DNA of 62,566 nt, counting the filler. It is 6 parts of 6 records of this genome, joined end to end, with 100 filler letters (N's around TTAATTAATTAA, not from the genome) between each part and the next. Parts side by side here need not be neighbours in the genome. Positions count along the whole stretch, not along the records: positions 1 to 27,197 come from SRR2962707_565; 5 more parts are not named here. One strand, 5' to 3'. Within the stretch, counting starts at the first letter, position 1, and every line of letters starts with the position of its first letter. The translations under genes and the position numbers were made by a program. The notes under the pieces were generated by a model that saw only the letters and a program-made list of their open reading frames with translations, searched no databases and was not told where the DNA came from. Below, in pieces: positions 8,684-18,167 of this stretch.

Positions 8684-10305
8684 ACAGCGGCCCCGCGCAC
8701 GAGGCATTCCTCATCGAGATAGCGTGCCATCATCTCTAGAAACAGTTTTATACGGGCTTGCAGGCAATTGGGGTCGGACCACGCGCCCATTGCATAGGCA
8801 TCAATCAACTGGCGATAAAGCATCATGCGGGCCTCGGAGACATAATGGAAGACCAGGGCGCTGGCCTTGCGGGCCGCATACCAGTCGGTGACGAGGTCTA
8901 TCCCGGTCGGTCCGCCATCGTCAGCTTGAGCGCGAACCGACCTTGGGTCGATTGGCCCGCGCGACTTAGCAATGTCGATCAAAGCGGAAACCGAAAGTGA
9001 TTGCAGGGCATTGGCAAGATCGGCGGGCCATTCGCGGGGCAGGTAACGAGTGACGACCAGTTCGCGCACGTGGCGATAAAGGAAATCGCCGTAAGATTGC
9101 GCTCGGGGCCAGTGGCCGTCGAGGTCCTCGCGGCTGTAAAACGGAAAAAAGGCGTCGAAACCGGCGGGGTTGAGAAGCCGATAGTCGATCTGGTACCGGC
9201 CCTCCCCCGAGTTCAGGACTGCGAAAGCGGGGGGAAAAGCGACTGGCGAAGGAATAGCAACGTTCGTGAGCGCATTTCCGCCAACCGATACTGTGTTGGT
9301 ATCGCTGACATGAAGGTGACCGGAAAAATGCATTCCGATGCCAGTCTTCGCGACGGCGAACGCGGTCTCGGCTGAGGGCGTGCGACGCACTGCTTGGGTG
9401 GCGCCGAACAGACGCTGCTCGTTTTCGAGCGTATCGTCATAGGTGTCGAGCACCGGATAGTGCGAGAAGCAAACCAATGTCTTTCCCTGCTCGCGTGCGC
9501 GATGGGAAACGCTTGCAAGCCAGTCGAGAATGAATGGCTTAAGGCGCACCAGCGCGTTCCACCCCGCGTCGGTGCTGTCGAGAAAAGCATCGGGCCTTGT
9601 GTTGTCGGAGTGGCCGTTGCGCGGCTCGAACACATTGGCATCGACCGAGACAAGCCACAGGCCAGGCTCAGGTTCGACCAGATAACTCAGATCGAGCTGT
9701 CTGTGGGTGACCGAACCGTCTGGCGACGTCATGTCGAACATGCGATTTGCGAAATCGTCGCCTGTGCCAAACGGACATTCCCAGTAAAGGTCCGCGTTCC
9801 GGCGTTGGATGCCGAAGGGCGCCCAGAGCGTAGCGATATCAGTATAGGAGCGGCAAAACATGGTTGGATCGAACACGGACCCTTGCCCGGCATTGGGGTC
9901 GCTCGTTATGGCAGTGGTATCGACATCGCCATTATAGAAGGCCTTGGTGTGATGCCGCCCACTCATACCGTAAACATCGTGATTGCCGGGCGTTAGAAAG
10001 AACCGAATGCCATGTTCAGACTCGTAGCGGGCCAGTAACGCAAGCGCAGCATCCATGGACGCGACCTGCCCATCATCGGACAGATCGCCGGCAATGAGGA
10101 TTGTGCGGATGCCTTCAGCGACGCAGGTATCGAGCGCGGCCAGAAGGGCCAGCCGGCTTTCGTTGAAAATCCGCGTTGAGGCAGCGGTGTCGGCCCGCGT
10201 GCGAATCGCGGCCCCCTGGCGCCCGTTGAACGTGACGCCGGAGAAGCGATAGCCGGCGAAAACTTCGTGGTAATGCGGATCGGCGATGATGGCGAGCTTG
10301 TGCAT
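8680..10305 (-). CDS. Calcineurin-like metallophosphoesterase, no signal peptide
   Basis: ADPH, AGDLSDDG, PGNHD, FSHYP, FSGHLH motifs. Confidence 0.88.
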   Translation of the reverse strand: MHKLAIIADPHYHEVFAGYRFSGVTFNGRQGAAIRTRADTAASTRIFNESRLALLAALDTCVAEGIRTILIAGDLSDDGQVASMDAALALLARYESEHGIRFFLTPGNHDVYGMSGRHHTKAFYNGDVDTTAITSDPNAGQGSVFDPTMFCRSYTDIATLWAPFGIQRRNADLYWECPFGTGDDFANRMFDMTSPDGSVTHRQLDLSYLVEPEPGLWLVSVDANVFEPRNGHSDNTRPDAFLDSTDAGWNALVRLKPFILDWLASVSHRAREQGKTLVCFSHYPVLDTYDDTLENEQRLFGATQAVRRTPSAETAFAVAKTGIGMHFSGHLHVSDTNTVSVGGNALTNVAIPSPVAFPPAFAVLNSGEGRYQIDYRLLNPAGFDAFFPFYSREDLDGHWPRAQSYGDFLYRHVRELVVTRYLPREWPADLANALQSLSVSALIDIAKSRGPIDPRSVRAQADDGGPTGIDLVTDWYAARKASALVFHYVSEARMMLYRQLIDAYAMGAWSDPNCLQARIKLFLEMMARYLDEECLVRGAAV

Positions 10306-10310
10306 CCGGT

Positions 10311-11963
10311 TCAGTGTTCGGTCGAAGGGCGCAGGCGGGTATCGGTGAGCGCGCCCATATCATCGAGGATAGGATAGGCCACCGAGATCAGATGAGCATT
10401 GACGCGCTTGAGATCGCGCAGGATGTCGAGGTGGAGCCCCGAGGTTTCGACCGTTTCGGTGCGCTGTTCGCGCAGGCGCTCGAGGTGTCGTTCGGCGGAA
10501 TCCGTTTCCATTTTCCGGACTTCGGTCTTGCACGCGACGAGCTGGCGGGCAAGGTCGGGATCTCGTGAAAGAAAAACTGACTGAGCGATTTGCAGAATCG
10601 CCAGTGTCCTGTCGTAAAAGCCTACGATTTCCGCCAGTCCTTCGGCCGAGAAGGTGAGCTTGCGCTTGGCCTTCTTGGCGGCAAGTTCGGACAATCCGTT
10701 GTCTATGATATCACCTATGTGTTCGAGATTGACCGCGTAGGACATGATCTCGGTGGCCCGGCGGGTATCCTCGTCATCGAGCTCCTCGCGGCCGAGGCGA
10801 GAGAGATAGATCTTGATCTCCCCCTGCACCCTATCAATGTCGTTTTCAATCTCGGAAAGCTGACCCCGGATGCCTGGATCACTCGTCTTAAGCGCCTCCA
10901 TGCTCGCTTCGAGCATATCCCGGACCATATCCCCGAGCCGCAGCGTCTCGCGGGCGGCCGCCGAGAGCGCGAGAGCAGGCGTCGTCAAAGCGCTCTCGTC
11001 GAGAAAGCGCGGCGCTGCCTTGCCCTCGATCGCGTCGGGGATCAGCTTTTCGGCAAGTCTGGCCAGCGGGCCGAGCAATGGCAGAAAAATGACAAGCAGA
11101 GCGGCGGAAAAGCCGATATGAGCCACCAGTGTTAGTTGCCCCGTATCGGGCCAGACGTCTTCCATCCAGGGCGCAATGATGCCCGCCAGTGCGGTCAGGG
11201 CCAAGGCACCAGCAGCCCTTATGGCCAGATTGGTGGCCGCAAGCCGACGGGCCCCCACGCCCTCGCCATACACCGCGAGATAGGGCGGAATGGCACCGCC
11301 AAGATTGGCGCCGGCAACGAGCACGAGTGAGAGTTCTGCCGATACGATGCCGGCCTGTCCGAGCAGCACTACAAAAAGCACAACCGCGAGGCTCGACGAG
11401 GAGAAAAAGGCCAGTGCAGAGCCAAAGAGCAAGGCAAAGGCCGGAGCGCCGCCCAGACTGGAGAGCAGCTCGATAACGGTTTGTGAGGTTCTGACTGGCT
11501 CAGTTGCCCGTCCCAGCAGCGCTAGGGCGAGCAGCATGAGCCCCAGCCCCAAGATCGCGCGCCCCACCCCCTTGCCGGCGGCATAGCGGCTTCGACTGAA
11601 CGTCACCACGCCTACAAGAATGAGCACCGGAGACAGCCAGTGCAGGTCGAGCGAAAGGATGACGGCGGCCAGACTGGTACCGATATTGGCGCCGAGCATG
11701 ATTGCCTGGGCCATGATGCCAGAAACCAGCTCGCGCGCCGCAAACGAAGCGGTTATGACCGCCGTCGCGGTCGAGGACTGGACAGCCAGGGTGGCCAGCA
11801 TGCCGACGACGACCGCCGACAGCCGGTTTTTTGTACTCTTGCCGATCCAATAACGCAGCGATGCACCAAAGGCACGCAGCATGCCCGTCTTGATCAGGCG
11901 GAGTCCCCAGAGCAACAGCGCGCCTGCACCCAGCAGATCGACAAGTATGAGAGTCGAGCTAAT
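10311..11963 (-). CDS. Na+/Pi cotransporter family protein (YjbB/NptA-like) with PhoU-like C-terminal repeats; apparent ATT start
   Basis: VQSSTAT, GANIGT, GANLG, NLEHIGD, DLKRVNAH; frame extends to ISSTLILVDLLGAGALLLWG, with GAGGGG 7 nt before ATT and no upstream in-frame ATG/GTG/TTG. Confidence 0.9.
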   Translation of the reverse strand: MSSTLILVDLLGAGALLLWGLRLIKTGMLRAFGASLRYWIGKSTKNRLSAVVVGMLATLAVQSSTATAVITASFAARELVSGIMAQAIMLGANIGTSLAAVILSLDLHWLSPVLILVGVVTFSRSRYAAGKGVGRAILGLGLMLLALALLGRATEPVRTSQTVIELLSSLGGAPAFALLFGSALAFFSSSSLAVVLFVVLLGQAGIVSAELSLVLVAGANLGGAIPPYLAVYGEGVGARRLAATNLAIRAAGALALTALAGIIAPWMEDVWPDTGQLTLVAHIGFSAALLVIFLPLLGPLARLAEKLIPDAIEGKAAPRFLDESALTTPALALSAAARETLRLGDMVRDMLEASMEALKTSDPGIRGQLSEIENDIDRVQGEIKIYLSRLGREELDDEDTRRATEIMSYAVNLEHIGDIIDNGLSELAAKKAKRKLTFSAEGLAEIVGFYDRTLAILQIAQSVFLSRDPDLARQLVACKTEVRKMETDSAERHLERLREQRTETVETSGLHLDILRDLKRVNAHLISVAYPILDDMGALTDTRLRPSTEH

Positions 11964-11964
11964 T

Positions 11965-12567
11965 TTAGTGCCCCTCTAAAAGTTGAATGGCGTCGAGCGC
12001 TTGTATTGCTGCTTCGACCAGCATGGGCTTGGGCGTTTCAAACCACTCGTCAGAGCGCAACTCTCGTTTCGCGCGCACATGGGTGAGCGCATCCTCAAAG
12101 GTAGGGAATTGGTCCGACTGGTTCCGAGCGAGATAGAGGGCCACAAGCGCCACCGACCGGCTGCGGCCGCCGCGACAATGGACGAGGACATTGCCGCGTT
12201 CGCGGTTGGGGTAGCTGGGGCGTTCGGGCAGCTGCTGCTTAAGGGCGCCGTCGAGAATGTAGTATCCGGCCAGCATCATTCGCGAGGGATTGCCGTCCCC
12301 ATCGATCAGACCGATCTTGTAGGCGCGGACGGCACCGTGCCCGGTCGCGACCTTGCCCACCTCCGCTGGTAGAGCAGGATCCAGAACATAGTTGAAATCG
12401 AGATTTACCGCGCAGTTGATGACGGTTGAAATTCCGTTCTCCCGCAAGAGATCGAGATCGCGCGCGCCGTCCGAGCCGCCGATAAAAAGCGAAACTCCGT
12501 CATCGCCGACTCCGGTGGCGACAAGGCTGATATCGGGGCGATCATAGCGGGGGGCAATCTGCGCCAT
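11965..12567 (-). CDS. CX5R dual-specificity/PTP-like phosphatase
   Basis: LFIGGS...GISTVINCA...IGLIDGDGN (acid loop)...VLVHCRGGRSRS P-loop. Confidence 0.88.
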   Translation of the reverse strand: MAQIAPRYDRPDISLVATGVGDDGVSLFIGGSDGARDLDLLRENGISTVINCAVNLDFNYVLDPALPAEVGKVATGHGAVRAYKIGLIDGDGNPSRMMLAGYYILDGALKQQLPERPSYPNRERGNVLVHCRGGRSRSVALVALYLARNQSDQFPTFEDALTHVRAKRELRSDEWFETPKPMLVEAAIQALDAIQLLEGH

Positions 12568-12644
12568 GCAAGTATCCTTCTATGGGGGAAATGCGCGGTG
12601 TAATGTGCGGTTCCGGTAGGCGTATATCGCACCGACATCCAATC

Positions 12645-12660
12645 TTGCACACCTGTGCAA
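12645..12660. promoter_or_regulatory. LacI-type operator 1 (TTGCACACCTGTGCAA)
   Basis: Near-perfect palindrome directly downstream of a minus-strand TTGACC (-35-like, 12664-12669) ahead of the phosphatase operon. Confidence 0.75.
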
Positions 12661-12821
12661 TTGGGTCAACCGAGAGGCGACGACCCGGCTCAATTTGTCG
12701 GCGTGTGTGGCGTTGCTAAACCTGCTCCCTGTCATGCCTCGCAGCCCATACGCCTGATTGCGTGCCGGCGCGGTTCTAGTTATAGGTGACAAAGCGCGGG
12801 AAATCCTAGTTGTTGAACTCA

Positions 12822-12837
12822 TCGCACAGCTGTGCAA
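12822..12837. promoter_or_regulatory. LacI-type operator 2 (TCGCACAGCTGTGCAA)
   Basis: Same motif about 40 nt upstream of the LacI start, an autoregulatory position. Confidence 0.7.
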
Positions 12838-12877
12838 ATTGCTGCTGCCATACAGGTCGCCATTGGATAGGGTAAGC

Positions 12878-13909
12878 ATGAAGCACGACAGGTCGGGACG
12901 GGCACAAGGAAAATCCTTCGTCAGCGCGCAGCAAGTGGCCGCTCGAGCCGGGGTTTCACGCTCGGCTGTTTCGCGAACATTTACAAATGGCGCCAGCGTT
13001 TCTCCGGCCACCCGTAAACGCGTGCTCGAGGCGGCCGAAGAGCTTGGTTATCACGTCAATCATCTCGCCCGCGGCTTGATCCGCGACAGCAGCAATATCG
13101 TCTCGCTAGTCGTGGCCGACATCAATACGCCCTATCAGGCCAAGATGATCGAAGCGCTGACCCGCAGGTTGCAGGCCGCCGACAAGGTGGCCATGATCAT
13201 CAATTCCTCTGGGGAGAATGCAACAGTAGAAGCGGCGCTTCGACAGACATTGCATTACCGGGCCGACGCGACAATCGTGCTGTCCGGCCAGCCGGCCGCC
13301 TCCTTGATCGAGACGTGCCTCAGCAACGGCCAACACGTCATCTTGGTCAATCGCGACGACCCGGTTCCAGGACCCCAAACCATTGTCGTCACCAACCGGA
13401 CTGCCGCTCGCCAGGCTTTCGACATGCTCTATCGGGCCGGATGCAGGAGACTGGCAGTCATTGCATCGACGGTTGGTTCGGCGTCGCTCTCGGCGCGCGA
13501 AAAGGCATTCGTGGAGGCTGCCAAAGACGCCTCGGTCGATGTCAACGTGACCCGGCTTGGCCCAACCGCCTATCAATCAGGTGTTGAAGCGGCGCGATTG
13601 GTGCTCAGCAAGTCTGAGCGACCCGACGGCATATTCTGTGTAACCGACCTTCTGGCCTGCGGTTTTTTGGACGCGGCCCGCAACGAATTCGGGCTCAAGG
13701 TCCCTGACGAGATCTGTGTGATCGGCTTTGACGATATTGAGCAAGCGAGCTGGTCCTCCTATGAGCTGACGACATTCCGTCAGCCGGTCGATCAGATTGC
13801 AGATCATGTCGTAAAGCTGATTGATCATCCCACTCAGGTCACTGAAGTGCAGGAGCCAATCCGGTTTCAGGCGCAACCTGTCTGGCGCAAATCGGTACGG
13901 CCCCGCTGA
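12878..13909 (+). CDS. LacI/GalR-family transcriptional regulator
   Basis: VSAQQVAARAGVSRSAVSRTF...LGYHVNHLARGL hinge; PDGIFCVTDLLACG; VIGFDDI; LTTFRQP. Confidence 0.93.
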   Translation: MKHDRSGRAQGKSFVSAQQVAARAGVSRSAVSRTFTNGASVSPATRKRVLEAAEELGYHVNHLARGLIRDSSNIVSLVVADINTPYQAKMIEALTRRLQAADKVAMIINSSGENATVEAALRQTLHYRADATIVLSGQPAASLIETCLSNGQHVILVNRDDPVPGPQTIVVTNRTAARQAFDMLYRAGCRRLAVIASTVGSASLSAREKAFVEAAKDASVDVNVTRLGPTAYQSGVEAARLVLSKSERPDGIFCVTDLLACGFLDAARNEFGLKVPDEICVIGFDDIEQASWSSYELTTFRQPVDQIADHVVKLIDHPTQVTEVQEPIRFQAQPVWRKSVRPR

Positions 13910-13915
13910 ACCGGG

Positions 13916-14740
13916 TCAATCGCACCCAATTCCGGTTGCCTTTATCATGAGTTCGGCGACGCCGGGCGTCGCAGCCAGCACACCGCCACCCGAATTCAGC
14001 CCCTCGTCGGCCAAGAAGCTACACACCCTTCCCCCGGCCTCACGCACCAGCAACAGACCAGCAAGACAATCCCATGGGTGCATGTGCAATTCGGCATACG
14101 CATCGGAGCGGCCATCGGCGACATAGGCAAGGCCGAGCGCGCCCGTGGCGGCCCGTCGGACATTGGCGCCGGCGTCCAAAATCTTCGCCAGAACGTCGAG
14201 ATAAGTCGCATTTGGAACACGGACCGACCAGCCCAGCTCGACACAGGCCGAGCGCGGATCGACAACCGAGGAGACCGAGATCGATATCCCATTGCGGCTG
14301 GCACCCCGGCCCTTTCTGGCGAAATAGAGCTCGTCATGGGCCGGATCGTAGATCGCGCCAAGCAGGATTTCATCGCGTGACGCAAAGGCAATCGAAATAC
14401 AATAATGGGGAATGCGACGGGCAAAATTGGCAGTCCCGTCAATGGGATCGACGACCCAGACAGCTTCGCCCGGCACCGATCCGGACTCTTCGCCCACAAA
14501 CCCGTCATCAGGGAACAATTGAGACAGACGCTCGCGGATCAGCGCTTCGACGGCAGCGTCGGTGACCGTCAGAAAGTCTTGCGGGCCTTTCATTTCAAAT
14601 CCTCCGGCGTCGGCCATAAACGCAGACTGCGCCAGGGCACCTGCCTCGCGGATCAGGCCCAGTAGCGCTTTTTCGCGTAGGTCGAGACCTCGCTCACTCG
14701 TCGCGGTAGAAGTGGTTTCGTGCTGGGACACTGCTGACAT
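13916..14740 (-). CDS. Inositol monophosphatase family protein (copy B)
   Basis: DFLTVTD, GEE, WVVDPIDGTANF, HPWDCLAG. Confidence 0.92.
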   Translation of the reverse strand: MSAVSQHETTSTATSERGLDLREKALLGLIREAGALAQSAFMADAGGFEMKGPQDFLTVTDAAVEALIRERLSQLFPDDGFVGEESGSVPGEAVWVVDPIDGTANFARRIPHYCISIAFASRDEILLGAIYDPAHDELYFARKGRGASRNGISISVSSVVDPRSACVELGWSVRVPNATYLDVLAKILDAGANVRRAATGALGLAYVADGRSDAYAELHMHPWDCLAGLLLVREAGGRVCSFLADEGLNSGGGVLAATPGVAELMIKATGIGCD

Positions 14741-14755
14741 AGTTGTTACTCTGGT

Positions 14756-15643
14756 TCAGTTCGATGAGGAGACGGCAAGGATTTCCCGATGGGCCGAGAT
14801 GGCCGTCGCGATGGCGTCGAGTGTTGGGTAGCGGGCCCCCTTCCCCGTGCCCACATAGCCAGGGGCCAGAAAATCGGGCGCGCCCGCTGGGACTTTACCA
14901 AGACGATAGGGTGTATAAGTGCCACCAGCCCTGCGCAGGATGAGGATCGCCGCACATACGTCCCAGGCGTTAACGCCGAAGCCCATGGCGGCGTCAGCCC
15001 AACCGGCAGCCACGTGGCACAGGCTCAGTGCGGCACTGCCAGGACGTCTGACTGTCGAAAAGCGCTCAGCCAGCATCGCGAAATTGTCGAGGGCCCGCTG
15101 ACGGCCATCAAAACGAAAATCTCGTGCAACTGGATAGCCAGTGATCACCACCGCTTCGGACTCGGCGGAATGGGCACGGCAATTGAGAGGCTGGCCATTA
15201 AGCCATGCGCCACCGGCGTCCGCGCTGAAGGTATTGCCCGAGACCGGATCAAAGACGACCCCCGCGACGATCTCGCCATCGATAACCGCGGCGATCGAAA
15301 TACACCAGAACGCGAGGCCGCAAGCAAAGTTAGCGGTGCCATCGATGGGATCGATATACCATTCGATACGGCCATCGCCCTGCCTCCCCCCTTCCTCGCC
15401 AAGAACGCGGGAATCGGGGATCTCACGAAAAATGAAAGACTTGAGGCTTTCCTCGGCCCGCCTGTCATGGATGGTGACGATGTCATGGAAATCGACCTTG
15501 GTGCCCGTGTCCATGGGACTGCGGAACGCCGACAAGAGGTCGTCGCGCACGGAATGGGCAGCCCGGATGGCGACGTCGCAAAGCTGCGCCACGAGGCGAG
15601 GTTCGATGACGTTGGATTGCGAAGAAGTCGGAACAGACACCAT
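14756..15643 (-). CDS. Inositol monophosphatase family protein (copy A)
   Basis: DIVTIHD, GEE, WYIDPIDGTANF, RRPGSAALSLCHVAAG, NAWDVCAA. Confidence 0.92.
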   Translation of the reverse strand: MVSVPTSSQSNVIEPRLVAQLCDVAIRAAHSVRDDLLSAFRSPMDTGTKVDFHDIVTIHDRRAEESLKSFIFREIPDSRVLGEEGGRQGDGRIEWYIDPIDGTANFACGLAFWCISIAAVIDGEIVAGVVFDPVSGNTFSADAGGAWLNGQPLNCRAHSAESEAVVITGYPVARDFRFDGRQRALDNFAMLAERFSTVRRPGSAALSLCHVAAGWADAAMGFGVNAWDVCAAILILRRAGGTYTPYRLGKVPAGAPDFLAPGYVGTGKGARYPTLDAIATAISAHREILAVSSSN

Positions 15644-15692
15644 GATAATCCTTGTTGGGGCGGTACAGAGAAGCTCCGCCCCTGAGTTGGGT

Positions 15693-16823
15693 TCAGCGGC
15701 TCAGATGCACCAGCCAGAGATCCTGCCAGTCCTGCCGGGCGTCCCAATCCTCAAGCGCCGACGCGGAGTCGTACCCGAAGACTAGATCGTGGACCTCCAT
15801 GATGCCGGAGGGCTCGTCGTCTGGCATTGCGATCTCACTGTTGGTGGGAATTTTTCCGTCCACCATTTGCGGCATGATGCCGTCCTCAGTGAGCACGTAA
15901 TGGATAAACAGACGCGCTAGATTGGGGCTATCGGTGCCCGAGGCGATCAGACCGAGTTTGGTATAGCTCCAGCCGACCCAGGGGCGCATCTCGGAGCACA
16001 GGCCCAGGGCGTGATCCTGGTCCTCGTTGTCGCGAAACTTGGCAGAGCTGAGCAGGCCCACGAATGGGTCGGCCTGTCCACGAACACCAACTGCCTCGGA
16101 TATGGCATCGTCCCCGTCCGTGACCAGCGGTCCGCTTTCGGCAAGGGCAACGACCCAGGCGGCAGTGGCGCTGGGCTGATCGGTGACCAGCGGTTCGCCA
16201 AAATAGTCTTCATACGCCTGGGCGACCAGCTCGTCGCCATAGGTCTCCATCTGATTGAACCAGTCGGGGTACGTGCCTTTGGTCAGCGGATCGACCATAG
16301 CGAACCGACCCTGCCATTCCGGATCGGTCAATTGCCACATATTGGTGACCGGACAGGTGTCGTGAACTTCGGTATTATAGGCGAAGACGTTGGCGTTTGT
16401 GGTGATCGCCAGCGGGTTGCGGAACTGGGCCGGGATCTTGTCTTCCATATCGGGCGGCAGCCAGCTCTCGACATAGCCGCGCGGGAGCAGCTGGGCGACG
16501 GCGGCCGGGGTGTCGGTGATCAAGGCGACATCGCCTTGCACGTTTCCAGACTGAGCTTCGCGGGTGATCTGCTCGAACTGGGCTGTGGCGGAAACCTTCA
16601 CGCCGGTGGCATCCAATCCGTAAGTGCTCGAAAACGCCTCAGCCATGTCAACAATCTTGCCAGTGCTGTCATAGACGGTAATCGGCGGCTCGGCCCGCGC
16701 CGCTTCGATCAGCGCATCGAGATCGAACGCCTCTTGAGCAGGGCCCGGGCTGGCCATCCCGGCCAACAACGCGGCCGAGAGCGTTGCGATAGCGATGCCT
16801 CGCCTGGTGCAGTTCGCTTTCAT
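15693..16823 (-). CDS. ABC substrate-binding protein, AfuA/FbpA-like (paralog 3)
   Basis: GGAGG RBS, signal peptide, FDLDALIEAARAEPPITVYDSTGKI...CPVTNMWQLT...SPNLARLFIHY...RQDWQDLW. Confidence 0.88.
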   Translation of the reverse strand: MKANCTRRGIAIATLSAALLAGMASPGPAQEAFDLDALIEAARAEPPITVYDSTGKIVDMAEAFSSTYGLDATGVKVSATAQFEQITREAQSGNVQGDVALITDTPAAVAQLLPRGYVESWLPPDMEDKIPAQFRNPLAITTNANVFAYNTEVHDTCPVTNMWQLTDPEWQGRFAMVDPLTKGTYPDWFNQMETYGDELVAQAYEDYFGEPLVTDQPSATAAWVVALAESGPLVTDGDDAISEAVGVRGQADPFVGLLSSAKFRDNEDQDHALGLCSEMRPWVGWSYTKLGLIASGTDSPNLARLFIHYVLTEDGIMPQMVDGKIPTNSEIAMPDDEPSGIMEVHDLVFGYDSASALEDWDARQDWQDLWLVHLSR

Positions 16824-16844
16824 TGAAACTTTCTCCTCCAAATT

Positions 16845-16928
16845 GGCGGTCATGCCGCCTCTGTCGCTTCGTCGTGCTTGCGGCCCGTTTCATCGGACTC
16901 GATGTTGGCAACCGGCGGTCATGCCGCC
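16845..16928. repeat. Two copies of palindromic GGCGGTCATGCCGCC in the intergenic spacer
   Basis: Exact 15-mers at 16845-16859 and 16914-16928, each a GGCGG/CCGCC hairpin. Confidence 0.7.
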
Positions 16929-16946
16929 AGTCGCTGGAGTGGTGGT

Positions 16947-18065
16947 TCAACGTGAATAGTGAAGACGCCAGAAATCCTGCCAGTCCTGTCTGGCGTCGAA
17001 ATCAGCCTCAGCGGTCGCCATCGAAAAGGTCATGAGATCATCGAAATGATCCGAAATTCCCGAGGGCTCGTCAGACGGCAGGGCGATGTCTGAATTGGTC
17101 GAGATCTTGCCGTCGACCGCCTGTGGTCCAATGCCCTCCTCGGTCAAAAGGTAGTGGATGAACAGGCGTGCGGCATTGGGGCTGTCTGTTCCCGAGGCGA
17201 TCACACCTGGGCCGGGATAGAGCCAGCCAATGAAGGGCTCCATGCCCGTGCACAGTCCGAGCTTAAAATCGCTTGCCGCGTTGTCGCGATACTTGGCAAC
17301 CGAAGTGATGCCGAAGAACGGATCATCCTGTCCGGGAGCACCGATGGCCTCGGCAACCGAAGAAGAGTCGCCCAGAAGCGGCTGGTTTTCGGCATAAGCG
17401 CGCACCCATGCAGCGGTTGCGCTGCGCTCATTGGTCTCCAGCGGCGTACCGAAATGGCTCTCATAGGCTTGCGCAATGGCGTCGTCGTAGTGCATTTCCA
17501 TCTGGCTGAACCAATCGGCGTAATTGGGTTTAACCAGCGGATCGAGCATCGCGACCTTTCGGGCATAGTCCGGTTCTGTGAGCTGCCAGATGTTGGTCAC
17601 CGGACAGCTCGCGTTGACCTCGGTGTTGTAGGTGAAGACGTGCGGATCATTGACGAGCACCAGAGGATCGCTCCATTCCGGCGCAATATTGGGAGCGATG
17701 TCACCCGGCACCCAGCTCTCGACAATGTCGAAAGGCGCTAGTTGGGCGGCGATTGCAGCGACGTCGGCTGCGACCGAGACGTCGCCGACGACGTTGCCGG
17801 ACTGGCTCTCCCGGATCAAAAGTTCGACCTGGTCGGCCTCATTGACCTTTCGGCCCTCGGCCTGCACGTCGTACTTGGCTGTGAACGCCTCCGCCGTTTC
17901 GACGATCTTGCCCGTCACTGCATAGATGGTAATTGGGGGTTCGGCGCGGGCGGCTTCGATCAGGCCATCAAGATCGAACGCGTCTTGGGCTCCCGCTGGG
18001 GCAACCGCGAGCATGAACCCGGCCGCTATGGCTCCAAAGAGGCAAGATTGGGAAAATCGGGACAT
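16947..18065 (-). CDS. ABC substrate-binding protein, AfuA/FbpA-like (paralog 2)
   Basis: AAGGAG RBS; FDLDGLIEAARAEPPITIYAVTGKI...CPVTNIWQLT...RQDWQDFW. Confidence 0.88.
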   Translation of the reverse strand: MSRFSQSCLFGAIAAGFMLAVAPAGAQDAFDLDGLIEAARAEPPITIYAVTGKIVETAEAFTAKYDVQAEGRKVNEADQVELLIRESQSGNVVGDVSVAADVAAIAAQLAPFDIVESWVPGDIAPNIAPEWSDPLVLVNDPHVFTYNTEVNASCPVTNIWQLTEPDYARKVAMLDPLVKPNYADWFSQMEMHYDDAIAQAYESHFGTPLETNERSATAAWVRAYAENQPLLGDSSSVAEAIGAPGQDDPFFGITSVAKYRDNAASDFKLGLCTGMEPFIGWLYPGPGVIASGTDSPNAARLFIHYLLTEEGIGPQAVDGKISTNSDIALPSDEPSGISDHFDDLMTFSMATAEADFDARQDWQDFWRLHYSR

Positions 18066-18128
18066 ATCTTCTCCTTGCCGTCCGCGCTCTGAAGGTCGCA
18101 AGACGGATCGTTGTGAACGCCAATGGGG

Positions 18129-18158
18129 TGGCGACCGGTGCATGTGCACCGGTCGCCA
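18129..18158 (-). terminator. 14-bp perfect stem-loop just after binding-protein paralog 1 (stabiliser or attenuator)
   Basis: TGGCGACCGGTGCA-TG-TGCACCGGTCGCCA; no strong U-tract on the transcribed strand. Confidence 0.5.
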
Positions 18159-18167
18159 AAACAGAAA

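Noticed and set aside
11965-12567. Calling the CX5R enzyme a PTP-like phytase
   Set aside because: Too short, no signal peptide and P-loop differs from HCxxGxGR; left as substrate unknown
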